DNA of 64,000 bases from Oculina patagonica (lineage: Eukaryota), in assembly GCF_052425735.1 (NCBI RefSeq), contig NC_135759.1:21452001-21516000 (forward strand), given 5' to 3'. A program made the position numbers and the translations under genes. The notes under the pieces are model-generated. The model was not told the DNA's origin and ran no database searches. It saw nothing but the letters and a program-made list of their open reading frames with translations. Shown here in pieces: positions 23,201 through 34,900 of the stretch (positions within the stretch are counted from its first letter, which is position 1; every line of letters starts with the position of its first letter).

Positions 23201-26200
23201 AATGTGTTAAGTGATTTTTATAAGTGTTTTTGTAGCCAATTGTGAAATTACTTCCGGTGGAAGTAGTAAGTAAACGTTAAACGTTTCTTCTGTTCAGAAG
23301 TAAATGCATCGATCGCAATTAGAAAAATAACAGCAACTGTTTTGCTGGAAATGTAGTCGTTAGAAATGGCATGTGTAGCTGTAAGGTAAAGAATAACGCG
23401 AGGAGAAGCGGCTTTTGGTAATATCCAAACGAAAATTTACTTCTCAGTGTGGGGTTAAGATTGCGTGACGAGACAAAAGGTGACTCTGTCGTGCGTAACC
23501 TAACCTGCGATCAGGCGTTATTTTTCTGCATTAGGCCGAGTAGAAATCTTTCTAACTCGAAAGGAAACGACTATTTCGATTAAACATGTTAAAGGCAAAC
23601 GTCAAAGTTTACCTTTTTTAACCAAGCCAAAGTATATGAGTCGCAAAGCACCCAGTCGTCGCGACTGACAAATACAGCATTTACTCCGCGAAAATAAAAA
23701 ATACTTGAACTGAAAGACGTTTGAATTCTTCCATGATATGTTCGAACAACAATGCCCAGGATAAACCTTCTACTCATACTAACCTCATGCAAAAAAAGTC
23801 GATATCTCGAAGAGATCTTTGATTACAATAAGATGCTTCAAATGTTCTAGGAAGGCCAAAAAACACCACATATGAATCAGTTAACATTTCATTTTACTTT
23901 ATTGAGATATTCACACATAGATGCGTTTAGGTATTTTTTATGTAATTTTTAGTGCTTTATTCATAAGCCTCATATATTTAGATGTATTTCTTTTGTTCGT
24001 CTTATGTCAACAATTGTTATCAGCAACCTACGAACACTTAGGGTGATTTGCCTGTGGTTTCATAAGAAGAACAGTTGTCAATAAAAATACTTCATCACCA
24101 TTTAAAGATCTCGTGGAATTTTAAGAAGTCTATTTACCTAGTGACAGTCATTTTAGCATGAAACCCAACTTCAACAGCAGAAGTTACAATGCGACCATAC
24201 TAACTTTAATATCGTGATAGCAAATCTTGGCCAGTATAGTGTTATTCATTTCGTCTGTTGGTGTATTTACGATATACTCGACCTTAACTCTAGCCATGGT
24301 TAAATGAAAGCCAGTCTACGCTGTCTGGCCATTTCTTGAATAAATCCCAGCTATGGCAAATCGACCATACTCCAATATATCTAGGCTTGGTGCCATCTAG
24401 GGGATTTTTTTGCCTAATTACTTTATGGTTGAATGCAATTCCATTTGAATATGTTACTGGTTGAGAGCAGTGCTTTATCTGACGTGGTTCAACCGAACCA
24501 ATGATTAATATGTCCATTTAGACAAGCTCTCCAATATAAATGTTGTGTACATGCAAAGTGATAGTTACTGACAACATAATTTTAGTGACAGGTGCCGTTC
24601 ACATTTGAGCCTAAGTGTAAAATATTTATTACATTTGTGACCAAACCTTATTACACTTGTGACTTTATTACATTTGTGACCAGTTATTACACTTGTGCCT
24701 TCAACAACCATTATTTTCTTGGAGGGGGGGGGGATGAAAAATTTTCCTCTGCAAACCTTTTTTTTTAGTTTATGCATCTCTGCAAACATTTTTTTTCGAA
24801 ATTCTTACTATTTTTTGTTATACATATCGTTTTTGCAATTAATTTGTTTGAATGCCGGACACCTCGCCACCAAGCAATCTCGCCACCAACCAACTCCACC
24901 AACCAACTCACCTCTGCAAACATTTTTTTTCGAAATTCTTACTATTTTTTGTTATACATATCGTTTTTGCAATTAATTTGTTTGAATGCCGGACACCTCG
25001 CCACCAAGCAATCTCGCCACCAACCAACTCGCCACCAAGCGAAGTCACCTCGGCTCATGGATTAAAGAACGAGGAATACACCAGTTTTGGTGACGAGTTG
25101 GTTGGTGGCGAGATTCCCTGGTGGCGAGGTGACCGGATACCATTTGTTTTGTCTTTCCATGCCCTGCAAACAATTTTTTTCAATATTTTTCATCCCCCCC
25201 TCCAAAAAAATAAATATGGTCCGTCCCTAATACATCTTTGAAAAGCTCCTTTGGGGAAAGTCAATAAAGTATGTAATATGTAGAATATCGCTGTGACGGA
25301 ATTGTTGAAAGGAGCGGTATTGTTTACATATTTATTTTGATGGTTTTGCAGGTTAAGTATGGAGACCTGGAAGTTAACATGGGAAATCCTCTGACTCCAA
25401 CTCAGGCAAATATATTTAATATCATAATGATATTTCATGCTTAAATAGTGCAATTTTTATAACAATTTATAATTGATAAACCAGTGGCTGACTATTGCCA
25501 AGCTTGCAATCTGATTGTGGACTTATGAACATTTTAATGAATTTTGTTATGTAACAAAATTTAACATGCAAATAACCAAGGAATCACTGTACTCCAGAGA
25601 AGTTATATGGTGTCCAAACCCTAATCAACCAACTATGAACAGTAATGGTTAACTCTGTGTTTGAGCCTTATGGTCCATTAGGTTGGGGCTTATCTGTAGC
25701 CTGGGGGGGGGGGGGGAGTACTCCCATATGTGGGCTATATAGGTATGTGCCGCAGGATAGGGTATGGTTTTTTAGGTTCTCGGCAGGGTTTTAGCCAGGT
25801 GGGAGTCCAGGAGTCCTAAGGACGGCCACTTTTCAGGAAAATTAATATGAATAACTGTATACAGAGTTTTTTTCTAGCAAATTTGGAAATCTTTAGATAC
25901 CTTTGCACTCATTAGTGCAGAAAAATTCCTTGCATGCTCCTCAGGCCCTCCTATAAGGACAAAGTCAGACCTTATAAAAATTTTGGACTCCCACTTTTTA
26001 AATCCTGGCTAAAAGCCTGGTTCTCGGTACTTAAATAGGGTATCATCAGGGCCTAAACCAGACCTTTGGCATAGATGAGGCAAGATTTTGCTAGGAGGTT
26101 CTGGGGGCATGCCCTCCAGAAAATCTGGAGAACTATGAGCTCTGAAACTCTTTTAAAAACATTTTTCTTTCAACTAAACATATTTTATTTTTAATTTTGG

Positions 26201-28543
26201 GTTAAAATCAAGACGAAACAAGTGCCTCGTCTTGCCTCTTGCCAGTTACTGCCCTGATCATTTCTGCTCCTTTTGGCAATGTGTTCCCAGTGGGATCCTT
26301 AGATAGGGTGCCTAAATTCTATCAACTAAAATAAATGCCCAGCTAAATGAAAAAAAAGGTATCTTAAAATTAAACTTTCTGTTCAAGTATTAGTGAAGCG
26401 ATTTTAGTAAGATTTGTGTTTTGCCGTGCACAATTACCCGTTATTTGGGTCGTCACGGAACGCTTCTCCTCCCCTTGAATAGGGTGTCATTTTTTGGTTT
26501 TGGGCCTTAAAAATGGTAATAATTTTCACTTTCTTTATCCTCAAATAGGATCAGGGTTTTAGAGCCTTCCCGGCACACCCCTATCCGAAATTTATGGGAG
26601 TACCCCCCCCCCCCCCGGAACTGAAGTTTCTGTAGCATGAACTGATCATAGCTAGGCTGTTGTATTTCTACCTCTCCCTAATTGGAATGTTAGTCTATTG
26701 CAAGGTTGCTCCCTCCTCTCCAGCCCCCTCCTTGCTAAGTACTGTAAGAGTAAAAGTGTGTTACCAAAGGACACAGCATTAACGACCCTGGCCAGAACTT
26801 TGACCTGCACAGCCACTCAGTTTGGAGTCCAGCCAAGTGTAACTCTTAGGCCACCACACCTCCCACAACAGACCACAAAGCATTACTAAATTTAGTGTGT
26901 TTTGCAGTAAATTCTAGGCAAGCCATGCACCACAATATTTTGCTCATGCTAAATCATGGGACATACATTGTAACCCTGGGATTGTAACGGCCATAACAGC
27001 CTAATATCATTTTGTGACCTGATTTCTTCAGGTGAAGAAGCCTCCAACATCGATCTCATGGCCTGTTGAGGAAGGGGCATTTTACACTCTTCTAATGACA
27101 GGCAAGTTTCATTCAAATTTTTCATAATTTTTTACAGTTAATCAACAATTAATTTCTCCTCAAACTATGAATACTAAGGTAAACATGGAGGTCATGAGAA
27201 TACAGGAACTGGCCAGATAACACTTTCCACCAGATAGATTACTACCCAGTGGATAAGTGCCAACAAAACATACCACTCTATCTACTTGTTAGTGATTTAT
27301 CCAGTGGATAGTGCTATCCATCCTTTGAACAACTGGGGCCAGAAAAGGAAAATCATTACCTTACCCCCCCCCCCCCTCTCTCTCTCCCTCACTCTCTCCC
27401 CCCTCCGTCTGTAACCACCTGATCTGATACATGTGATACAGTCAACTCTCTCTAAGACGGACACCTTTGGGACCGGCTGCAACTGTCCGTCTTAGAGAGG
27501 TGTCCGTCTTGTAGAGAGTCGGGGTAACATGAAACCAGTAATTCTGAAATAATAAAGCTAAACCTATGCACAATACAACAAACCTTTGCAAACTGCAACA
27601 AGACTAAAACAATAAAAAGACCGTATTCGCTTGTTAAAGCAAAAGTTTAGAGCTTCTACAAACTGTAATACTGTAAGTAGAAAACGACCTCACGTAAGCT
27701 GAGAAGTAATCCGTTAAACGTCATTGGTTTTTGGTATACGCGTATCCTTAGGACGCTGACTAACTTTGCTTTAGGTCGATATGAATTTTGGAAGTATTGT
27801 TACTAGAAAAAAAACATGAACAAAAACCCTTCTCAAGTGTCCGTTAATGACTTCAAAGTGTCCGTTGTCCGTCTTATAGGGAGTTTGGTTACAGTAAAAT
27901 GACTGAAAAACGGCAGGGACCATCACCAGGTGTCCGTCTTATAGAGGTGTCCGTTAAGAGAGAGTTGACTGTATTCTGTTATTTACAGATCCTGATGCAC
28001 CCAGTCGTCACAACCCTAAGTTCCGTGAATGGCATCACTGGCTTGTTGTTAATATCCCTGGTTGTGACATCAGTAAAGGAGAGGTGAAATTGGAGTACGT
28101 TGGTTCTGGACCTCCCAAGGGGACAAAGCTGCATCGCTACATATTCCTTGCATACAAACAACCTGGCAAGATTAGCTATACCGATCAACTTGTGTGTGAC
28201 AAGTAAGCATGCGGCATCTTTTTGGTTCTCTCATGTCCAAAGCCTTTTTAAGAACATATATACTAGTTTGCTTTTGAACGGTCTTAATTTCAATTACATT
28301 TATGCGGACGATGAGATGTGCAAAAAAATCATACAGTACTTACAGTGTTGCTGCTTATACGAGGCCACCGCAGTTTGCTTTCAAAAAGAGAAAAAAAAAA
28401 TTCAAAAATGTTTCTTTAATTCTATTCTCCTTTTCAGGCCTGGATTTGAGCGTGCCTCACGAAAGGCACGTGACCTGGCTGCCAAGTACAACCTCGGCAA
28501 TCCAGTGGCAGGGAATCTTTTCCAGGCTGAACATGAAGGGTGA
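20176..28543 (+). CDS. PEBP1: Phosphatidylethanolamine-binding protein (PEBP/RKIP family), 5 exons, 167 aa
   Basis: Exons 20176-20235, 25352-25405, 27032-27101, 27989-28202, 28438-28543 (504 nt). Signature motifs [69 protein letters not shown] at ~28864. Family is certain; one-to-one orthology with PEBP1 is not. Confidence 0.9.
20562..20911. mobile_element. hAT-like MITE, 6-bp TSD CCGTTA
   Basis: Perfect 16-bp TIR CAGAGATTCCAACCCT; CCGTTA on both flanks. Confidence 0.85.
20990..24706. mobile_element. 3.7-kb non-autonomous Ginger-like element (TGT...ACA ends, 4-bp TSD ACCA, ~200-bp TIRs)
   Basis: acca|TGTTGAAGGCACAAGTGTAATAACTGGTCAC...GTGACCAGTTATTACACTTGTGCCTTCAACA|acca; TIRs built from TCACAA(A/G)TGTAATAA repeats; no integrase ORF. 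Confidence 0.82.
21380..22050. repeat. Near-identical 335-bp tandem duplication inside the Ginger-like element
   Basis: TTGTGCTTCAGCACTTCCG... starts at 21380 and again at 21715; both copies end CTGCTGAGTTGCACAAT. Confidence 0.92.
24778..25031. repeat. ~134-bp tandem duplication covering one end of a CTCGCCACCAA-rich mini-MITE (~24988-25141)
   Basis: TCTGCAAACATTTTTTTCGAAATTC...CCAACCAACTC occurs twice. Confidence 0.85.
25352..25405 (+). CDS. PEBP exon 2 ([18 protein letters not shown]), GC donor
   Basis: TTTTGCAG acceptor; CAG|GCAAAT donor. Confidence 0.88.
25784..26019. mobile_element. hAT MITE, 8-bp TSD GTTCTCGG
   Basis: TIR CAGG(G/C)TTTTAGCCAGG, perfect TSD. Confidence 0.9.
26047..26256. 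mobile_element. hAT-like MITE, 5-bp TSD ATCAT
   Basis: atcat|CAGGGC...GCCCTG|atcat with GA(G/C)G(A/C)AA subterminal motifs. Confidence 0.7.
27032..27101 (+). CDS. PEBP exon 3 ([23 protein letters not shown]), GC donor
   Basis: TTCTTCAG acceptor; CAG|GCAAGT donor. Confidence 0.9.
27439..27971. mobile_element. Tc1/mariner(pogo)-type MITE, TA TSD
   Basis: ta|CAGTCAACTCTCTCTAAGACGGACAC...GAGAGAGTTGACTG|ta; internal TGTCCGTCTT repeats. Confidence 0.88.
27989..28202 (+). CDS. PEBP exon 4 (DPDAPSR...[13 protein letters not shown]...)
   Basis: TTTACAG acceptor, GTAAG donor, ligand-pocket motifs. Confidence 0.93.
28438..28543 (+). CDS. PEBP exon 5 ([34 protein letters not shown])
   Basis: TTTTCAG acceptor, phase-compatible, TGA stop. 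Confidence 0.9.
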
Positions 28544-31227
28544 AGCATTGGACGTACAGCCGCTGGTCAAACTACTCACAAGCTTGACAGAGCCGGTATA
28601 AAGTAGATGGATAAAGTTCGTTTGCAACTTAGGTTAGGTGTTGTCTCATAGAAATCAAGATTTGGTCAAGTTTTCACCTGAGCACATTGGTTAAATTCTG
28701 GGTTGTTATCGGTTTATTAGTGCAGTTCTGATAAAATTTCGTTGTATACCGTTGGTAGATCTGTTGCATAACGTACAACGATAAAAAAAAAAGCATGCTC
28801 AACGTTTTCGACCCGAAGTTGTATTAAATTAGATGTAAAATCAAAGTTAAGCTTGTTGGGAACAATAAAAACCGTTCAGCCATATTTCAGTGCATTCAGT
28901 TAAAAAGTGCGTTAATTAAAGAACAGTTTAGCATTTAAAGTCAGTGAAGGTCAGTGAAAAGGTTCACACCTTCAAAAGTACAGAACCCATTTTTTCTAAA
29001 AATAGAAAAAGCTATCCTCAGGAAAAGTCACTATCCAATGGACAGTGTACACTAGCCGATTTTGTTAACACTTACCCACCAGATCCAATAATGCTTTTTT
29101 GTGGTTGATAGCAATAACCACCCTTCAAATAACCGGGCCCTAATTGTATATTAAGCTAATTTTTAATACCTCAACACTTTTTGTTCTTACTTACCTACTG
29201 GATAGCGATTTATCCACTGAATGGCGTTATACACCCTTTGTACAACTGGCCACTGACCTAAAGTCAGTGTAAAGTCCCGATTCAATCTTAACGACGGTTA
29301 ACGCTCGAAACATCAGCTCTTTGTAACTAAAACGATGCCAGCTTTTTTTTTTTTTTTTTTTTTTGTGCCATATATCAGAAAAAAAAATAAACCGTCCATT
29401 TCTCACGGCTAAGTTAATTTTATGCTATCAAATTTTGCCAAATTATCTCTATGAAACTAAATGTTTGCAAAGAAATTAATTCTTTGATTCTAAATGAAAA
29501 ACTGCAGCTTTACTGCAGCCAATTGTGTCTTCCGGGCGTTATAACTTAAAGTTACAAGCAAACAAGATTAACTTTGAAAACTGTTCCGCCGGACCGTATT
29601 TCAAAAACCCATATCGCAATCCATTCCAATCTTCGACACTTTTGGCCATCCGTACCTTCTTTTGCATTTGGTGTGTTATTTAAATTTTCCTTCACTGTTT
29701 AAGAGGTTATTTTTATATTTTAGCGAATTTGATAGTTATTTTATATGCCTAAGTTTGGCTAAAACCCGTGACACGGTCCCTTTAACTTGAAACATGGTTA
29801 GGCAGTGCCTAGAATCAGTTTCCAATTGTGGTTTTGTTTTTATTTGAGACGGTCAATTACCACAAGAATAGTCAAAGTAATTTCAAACCATGTGTACACT
29901 AGATTACTAGTAACCTTTGCTATGCAGGGAATGAATGTCTTCACTGCCCGACGGCGCAGCACAGCTATTCCAGCCCCTGATTCCCGAGGTCGTCTCTACT
30001 TACTGTAGAGAGAAAGGAACAGAGGGAACGACTGGACTTCCTCGCGCTGACATTTTGATGGAAAAATTGCACTAAAAACGGCACTTGTTCACCCGGGTTG
30101 TGTGCTCATCGGGATAAATCCCCTTTATTCAGAGGTTAGCCCTAAAAAAGGTCTTTAAATAAGACCAGCCAAAATTCAAGACCTTGAAAAGTCCCTGAAA
30201 AGCTAATTTGATACTTAAGTTGTTTTCACTAAGCGTGTTCTGAGAAGTGGCCTTGAAATTTCGCTTAATTGTTGATTCATGACTGTCTAACAAATGCTAA
30301 CTCTGGCATTTCCGAGAGAAATTATAATGAATTTAACAATGCATAATAGCACGGATTATTCACTTGAATGTGTCCAAGAAAAATTGGATTTAAGTCCTTA
30401 AAGGTCCTTTAAAAAGACCCTTTGGTTTTGCTGATAAAAGGGGCAAGAACCACGTCTCGTTTCGAAGGGGGCAAGTGATGTTTTTAATGAGATCACTTGG
30501 ATATCGATTGGCAGCGGGCAGCAGCTGTTTGTAGACGCTCATAGCGTGTAAAAATCACGCATATATATGAGGCCAATTATACGAGAGATTTTAAGTTTAA
30601 TTTAGTTATGCCTGTAGCTACTGTAGCTTTAATAAGGAATTTATGCGGCAGACTTCGGGTTGCATACTACCACGAGCAAACGAAGCTTGCCTCTTCAAAT
30701 ATTTTCTCGTGGTATTTGTCTTGATTTTGAGGTTGAAATATTGACCTTTCAAAGCTGTACATTTAGCGGAAAATGCGATTACTGGTGATCCGCTCGGCGC
30801 AGCACGAACGTCGACAGCAGTCCGTTGAAGTCTTTTTTCAAAGAGTGAACTGTAAAACAGTGCAAAACGAGACCATTAAAATGCAATAATTACTGAAGAG
30901 GTGCAGGTCTTGCTATCCAACCATACAAATCCGCATACATTTTCCATTTTGCAAATCTTCGTGACTTTCAATTTCGCGATCACAGGGCTGAAATTTTTAC
31001 TGCTCACTTCTTTTTGACCCGCATTTCCGATAACTAAGTTTACTACAAGGACGAAGGTCACGTCAAACTATCCCTGATTCACTGCCACGCCTTTCTCGCC
31101 AGGCACTTTTGAGGAGCGTCATTTTGTTAGTAAGAGGATGGTGATTTTGTGGTTATTTCCGTGATAGACTGCTAGATCGATGACTTAGTCGACATTCTTT
31201 AGGAACGTAAAACATACAAGAGACTAA

Positions 31228-31382
31228 TGGTGGATTTCCACTGACGCGTAAATTTTTACGTGCGTGAAAAAAATTAGAGAAAATGTATGAACGGCCTGCG
31301 TAAACGTGTACACAAGCCGTTCATAAATTGTCTCTAATTTTTTTACGCACGTAAAAAATTACGCGTCAGTGGAAATCCACCA
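31228..31382. mobile_element. Near-perfect palindromic MITE, TAA TSD (Harbinger-like)
   Basis: taa|TGGTGGATTTCCACTGACGCGTAA...TTACGCGTCAGTGGAAATCCACCA|taa; ~68-bp arms. Confidence 0.88.
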
Positions 31383-31659
31383 TAAGTTGTTGGCAAGACA
31401 TCTGAATGCGGGAGAGGCCCGCAGTAAACGTTTGTCGGGCATATAGTAAGTTTCTTCGTACTGAGTACGCCACTCCCTGCCATGTCATGAAGGCGACACC
31501 ATTGGAAAGAAGACGGTAACTGACCCTAATTACTCGAGACTCCAAGCCTGATGCTCACTTCAGATACGTCATATCTTATCAACTGCATGCCAAACTTCAG
31601 AACCTTTCCATAGGTGACATTAATATTCGAGCTCCTAGCTAGACCCTGACCAAAGTTTA

Positions 31660-31915
31660 ATTAACAATTAAATAGACTACGAGCCCGAGTTTCCTATGAG
31701 CAAATAGTGAACGAGGCGCAGCCGAGTTGACTATCTCGCTCATAGAAAACGAGGGTGAGTAGTCTATTTTTTTTTTCAGTCCAAAACTTACAATTTTGCG
31801 TACTTTTAAGCCAAAAATGAATAAAAAAATAACCTGAGAGCAACGCGCGAGATCGTGTTCTATCAGCGAATAGGAAACAGTGGGAGAACCAATCAGATTC
31901 GCGGATTTCCGAAAG
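31660..31915. repeat. Dispersed repeat with a terminal hairpin (superfamily unassigned)
   Basis: ATAGACTAC...ATGAGC..ATAGT.AAC GAGGCGCAGCCGA GTTGACTAT..GCTCATAG...GTAGTCTAT self-complementary end. Confidence 0.55.
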
Positions 31916-34900
31916 CACACGACTGAGTTTCTACTAATAAAGTTTAGAAATGTTTTAGTCAGAACGGGCACATAGAAAAAGCCATGCACGGAATAAATTA
32001 ATGATGGCCGATAATGGCGGTTATATCTACCATCAAAATGCATGGCATTAGGTATTCAGATATATAGATAAGATTATCATGTTAAGCCAAAGAAAAAGCC
32101 TGTTAAAATTTATGTCATTTGTTCCGAGTTTTGTGGACGACAGCGGTCGACAGGTTGACTTATCTTATTAAAAACCACTTAACGCTTTATCTAGCATGCA
32201 ATGCAAGTTAATGAGGTCATGACCCAGATGAATTCTTTTCTAACCAACACTCAAATAGTCACAGAAGAAGCAACTTTGGACACGACGAATGTTTTCGGAA
32301 AACTTTAATACAGACATTTGTTTGAACGAAGCTTCTGCAGATTTTTTGCGATTTGAATATGCTTAATCTCCTATTGAGAAGCTACAGCAGTTTAAAGCAC
32401 GGTGTTTACAATTTCCGTGACTTTGTGGTAGCTCGCATCTAGGAATCAATTGTTTTATTCAGAAAATAGTCTAAGAACTTTCCCAATTTAATTTCCGTTT
32501 TTTGTCACTTTGACTTACCGTGCTTACCACAATGAAAATATTACAAGAACGCTGCATACTTCTCGACCTCGTCTCCAGGTCAATCCGCGCGGAACAATAG
32601 GCAGCCAATCACAGTGCCGTGAGATGAGTACGTTTGCGCGCGCATATTTGAAAGGCAGCAACTTCGTTGACCAAGCAGCTGTAACCGTAAATTCAGTCAA
32701 TTTTTATTTACAATCGAAACTCGCACGCTAGAAAATAATTTTTAAAAAGAAATCTTGGATGCTATTTTCGCTATTCAGAGCAATTAGAGTCCCTGCATGA
32801 GTAATCACCGATAATCTTTAAAGTGCCTTTCGGCCAACAACCGGAAGAAAAGAAATTAATCCTTCTATACTCTACTTTACTTCACACTGTAGGTCGCTTT
32901 CTGCTGACCATTTAATGATGAAATGAGTATCGGTTATAAGAGGATTTCTGAGTGTTAAAGACCACCTCGTACAAGTCTGACCTAAACTTTTTTTGCCGCG
33001 CCCCCGCCTCACCATAAACCTTATCAGCTACTTTTATTTATTTTTATATGCCTTTTTGCTTTAATTTTGCCGTTCAACACAGAGATTCTATTGTCGTGCT
33101 CAGCCCTCCAGTAGATGAAGAGAAGGAGACAAGGGATTCTCTCTCTCGCAGGGTACTTTGTTACCGCTTAACTTTCTCTCTTTCGGAATCCGGCGCGCCG
33201 TAACCTAACCTATTCAATTTAACAGAACAAGATTTCAATGGGCGTGACATACGTGAGCTATTCGCAATGAATGCAACTACCGGTGAGGCAAGAACCCAGA
33301 GGAGTTTACCACTTGTTTAAGCTGTCCGCGAAGTCTCATTCTATCAGCGTCGACTGCGAGCAGCCGCCCTCTCAGTTTTCCTCAGATCTTAGTACGCGCG
33401 AGCGAGAATTTATAACTTATATATACGACCTAAAAAGAAAAAAAGACAAAAACGAGACTGTTCGAAGTCAAGTTTGTCCATTACAGCCGCCATGTGCATG
33501 GCTTATTTTAATCAAATAATATCTCGGCTCTTATTCTTTGCCGTAGACTACGAGCCGGTCGCGTGTGGTTGTTCTCAAATCGATTGTTCGAAGAGATTTT
33601 CTTACGCGCTCGTGTGCTCACTCTTTTCACTGACCCTAAAATAGCGGTAGTCTACAAAAAAAGGTAGTCTACCTTTGTTAATGATTACTGAGCGTGTCGA
33701 CGTGGTGGTAAGAGGCCAAAAGGAGAGGTTTCTTTTTATTTTTTTGTAAAAATAAATAAATTCGGACAGAAATATTGTACATGTACACGGCCTCCTCACA
33801 TGTATATTACGGAAACCTCAGGGACATTATAGTAAAGTCACTGAAAAAAGGCACTCTTGGTTGCTGAACTCGTGTCAATGTTAGCATTCACTGAAAATTG
33901 TCCTTAAAGTCTCTCTTAATCCTTAAAGTCTTTGAACAATTGCCGAAGATCAGATCGAACATAGTCGGGTAAACGCAGTCTGGCTGGCTAATTTGCCGAT
34001 TGTTCGTGCGAAATCCTATAAACTTTTTTACCATGTGGAATTTTTCTCAGTCGTTCTACATTGAAGACAGTACGTTGTTGACTTGCGACTCCAAGTGTGA
34101 AGGAAACGCACCTGACACTTGCAGGTACTTTCAGGAACAAGGAAGACCCGTAAACGCCCGTAAACGCCATCGGCGCGGAACCCGTGGGAAGTACTCGCCC
34201 CCGTTATCCTGCGGCCCGGCCCTAGGTGCCGCGCGACTCGGGCAGTTTGTTTTTTATGTCATATTAATTAATCGGCCTTAAGTTATGATTGATGAACGTA
34301 AATCTTATTTATCTGTGCAACACGTTGAATAGAATGAATGTTCTGCATGTGTAGGTCATCAGAATTGTTAAGAATCAATAAAAACACTGAAACACTCCGG
34401 TACTTATCTTTGAACAAACAAAAAAAAAAAAACGTCAAAAATTCCATCTTCAGTTTACAGAAAAAAAAATTAAAAGTGAGATTCGACAGAGATCGCTTTA
34501 TAACAAATTGCGACCTTTCTCTCCAGTCCAGCGTTTATATCTGTTGAGTTCATTAGAAAACACTGTCTTACAGTGGACACTGCATAAACTTGTCTGACTT
34601 GTAAGTTGTTTTCTTCTAACTAATGAAATAAAACTTCCTTTTTAATAGCAGTGGTTGCCGAACATTCATAAACATTCCGTTTTATTTTCAGTAGTTTTGA
34701 GAATTTGGCGGCATAAAATTTCTTTGGAATCATTCAAAACCCGCTGGTGAAATTTCAAAATGAGCGGACTTCCCACAAACGGACGTGACATGTCTAACAT
34801 ATTTTGATTTCGTGGGCTAGCTTGCCATGCCCTATATCCACGGCGATTTGCGTAAACCAACAAAGCTGTATGATCTTTAGATGTCTATGGAAATCCAGCT

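Larger units (their letters stand above)
20979..25227. mobile_element. PIF/Harbinger-like MITE (TWA target) split by the Ginger-like element
   Basis: tta|GGAACGGACCA[insert]TTATTTTCTTGGAGGGGG...CCCCTCCAAAAAAATAAATATGGTCCGTCCC|taa. Confidence 0.68.
25702..26616. mobile_element. MITE with G/C-run termini hosting two nested CAG...CTG MITEs; itself inside a SINE
   Basis: (G)n-AGTACTCCCATA / TATGGGAGTA-(C)n inverted ends. Confidence 0.7.
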
